From Malacoraja senta (taxonomy: Eukaryota), in the NCBI GenBank assembly GCA_038087875.1, contig CM075988.1:12464001-12528000 (forward strand): a stretch of 64,000 bases of DNA, given 5' to 3'. The notes beneath the pieces were generated by a model. It saw only the letters and a list, made by a program, of their open reading frames with translations, had not been told where the DNA came from and did no database searches. Made by a program: the position numbers and the translations under genes. Shown piece by piece: positions 63,629-64,000 of the stretch (position 1 is the stretch's first letter; every line of letters starts with the position of its first letter).

Positions 63629-63685
63629 TAGTGAAAACAAAAAATGTTGCAACAATCAGCAGGTCAGGCCAGCATCTCAGATCCA

Positions 63686-64000
63686 AGAGTCATACAGCTC
63701 AGAAACAGGCTCTTGGTCCACTATGTCCATGTTGAACATCAAGCATCATTCCATACTATTCCCATCTACCAGCAAACAGCCGGCAGCCACCAATGTCTTG
63801 ATGATTAAAATGCTTGTCCCAGATGCCTAATATTGTAGTACCTTCTCCACAAACCCGTCAGACAGTGCATTCCACATTATGACTATCTGATTGAAAACAA
63901 TTATTAATTGTACAGTATTCCCTCAAAACCCTTTATTCCTTTACCCTAAACAATACCCTCTAGTTTTACATATCATCTGTGAAAAGGGAAACCGAGTTAA
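63686..64000 (-). mobile_element. Degenerate CR1 3' fragment
   Basis: agagtcatacagc..agaaacaggc 3' UTR motif followed by decayed ORF2 end. Confidence 0.55.

Noticed and set aside
63194..63830. Cluster of overlapping ORFs in a GC-rich patch suggesting an exon or foreign gene
   Set aside because: The GC-rich patch is bounded by TIRs and a TA TSD; no protein similarity recognised.
1..64000. Most short ORFs (60-160 aa) in the six-frame track
   Set aside because: No recognisable domains or splice context; many are antisense or alternative frames of CR1, Penelope, SINE or MITE sequence.

Overview
AT-rich vertebrate genomic DNA. The repeat set (CR1 LINEs, HE1/V-SINE-like tRNA SINEs, Penelope/Neptune elements, Rex1/Babar LINEs) points by inference to a cartilaginous fish, probably a skate or ray. 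The only host coding sequence I can support is one 126-bp internal exon (50618-50743, + strand) of an IgLON neural adhesion gene most like OPCML, so the window is almost entirely two large introns filled with transposable elements. These include: a young 5'-truncated CR1 and a decayed near-full-length CR1; a Penelope element with GIY-YIG endonuclease, an inverted 5' end and a 15-bp TSD; many short fold-back Penelope terminal-repeat derivatives carrying minimal hammerhead-like cores; about 11 tRNA SINEs; Rex1/Babar 3' ends; an internally deleted Gypsy relic; nine PIF/Harbinger-like MITEs sharing one TIR; and one Tc1/mariner-like MITE. The standout is a 139-bp TSD-flanked retroposon (31962-32100, - strand). 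Its first 54 nt fold into a complete, minimal HDV/CPEB3-type ribozyme whose predicted cleavage site coincides with the element's 5' end. It has no Pol III promoter and ends in a (GAA)n tail. Nearly all short ORFs in the track are spurious or are repeat-derived. Boundaries of old repeats are approximate.
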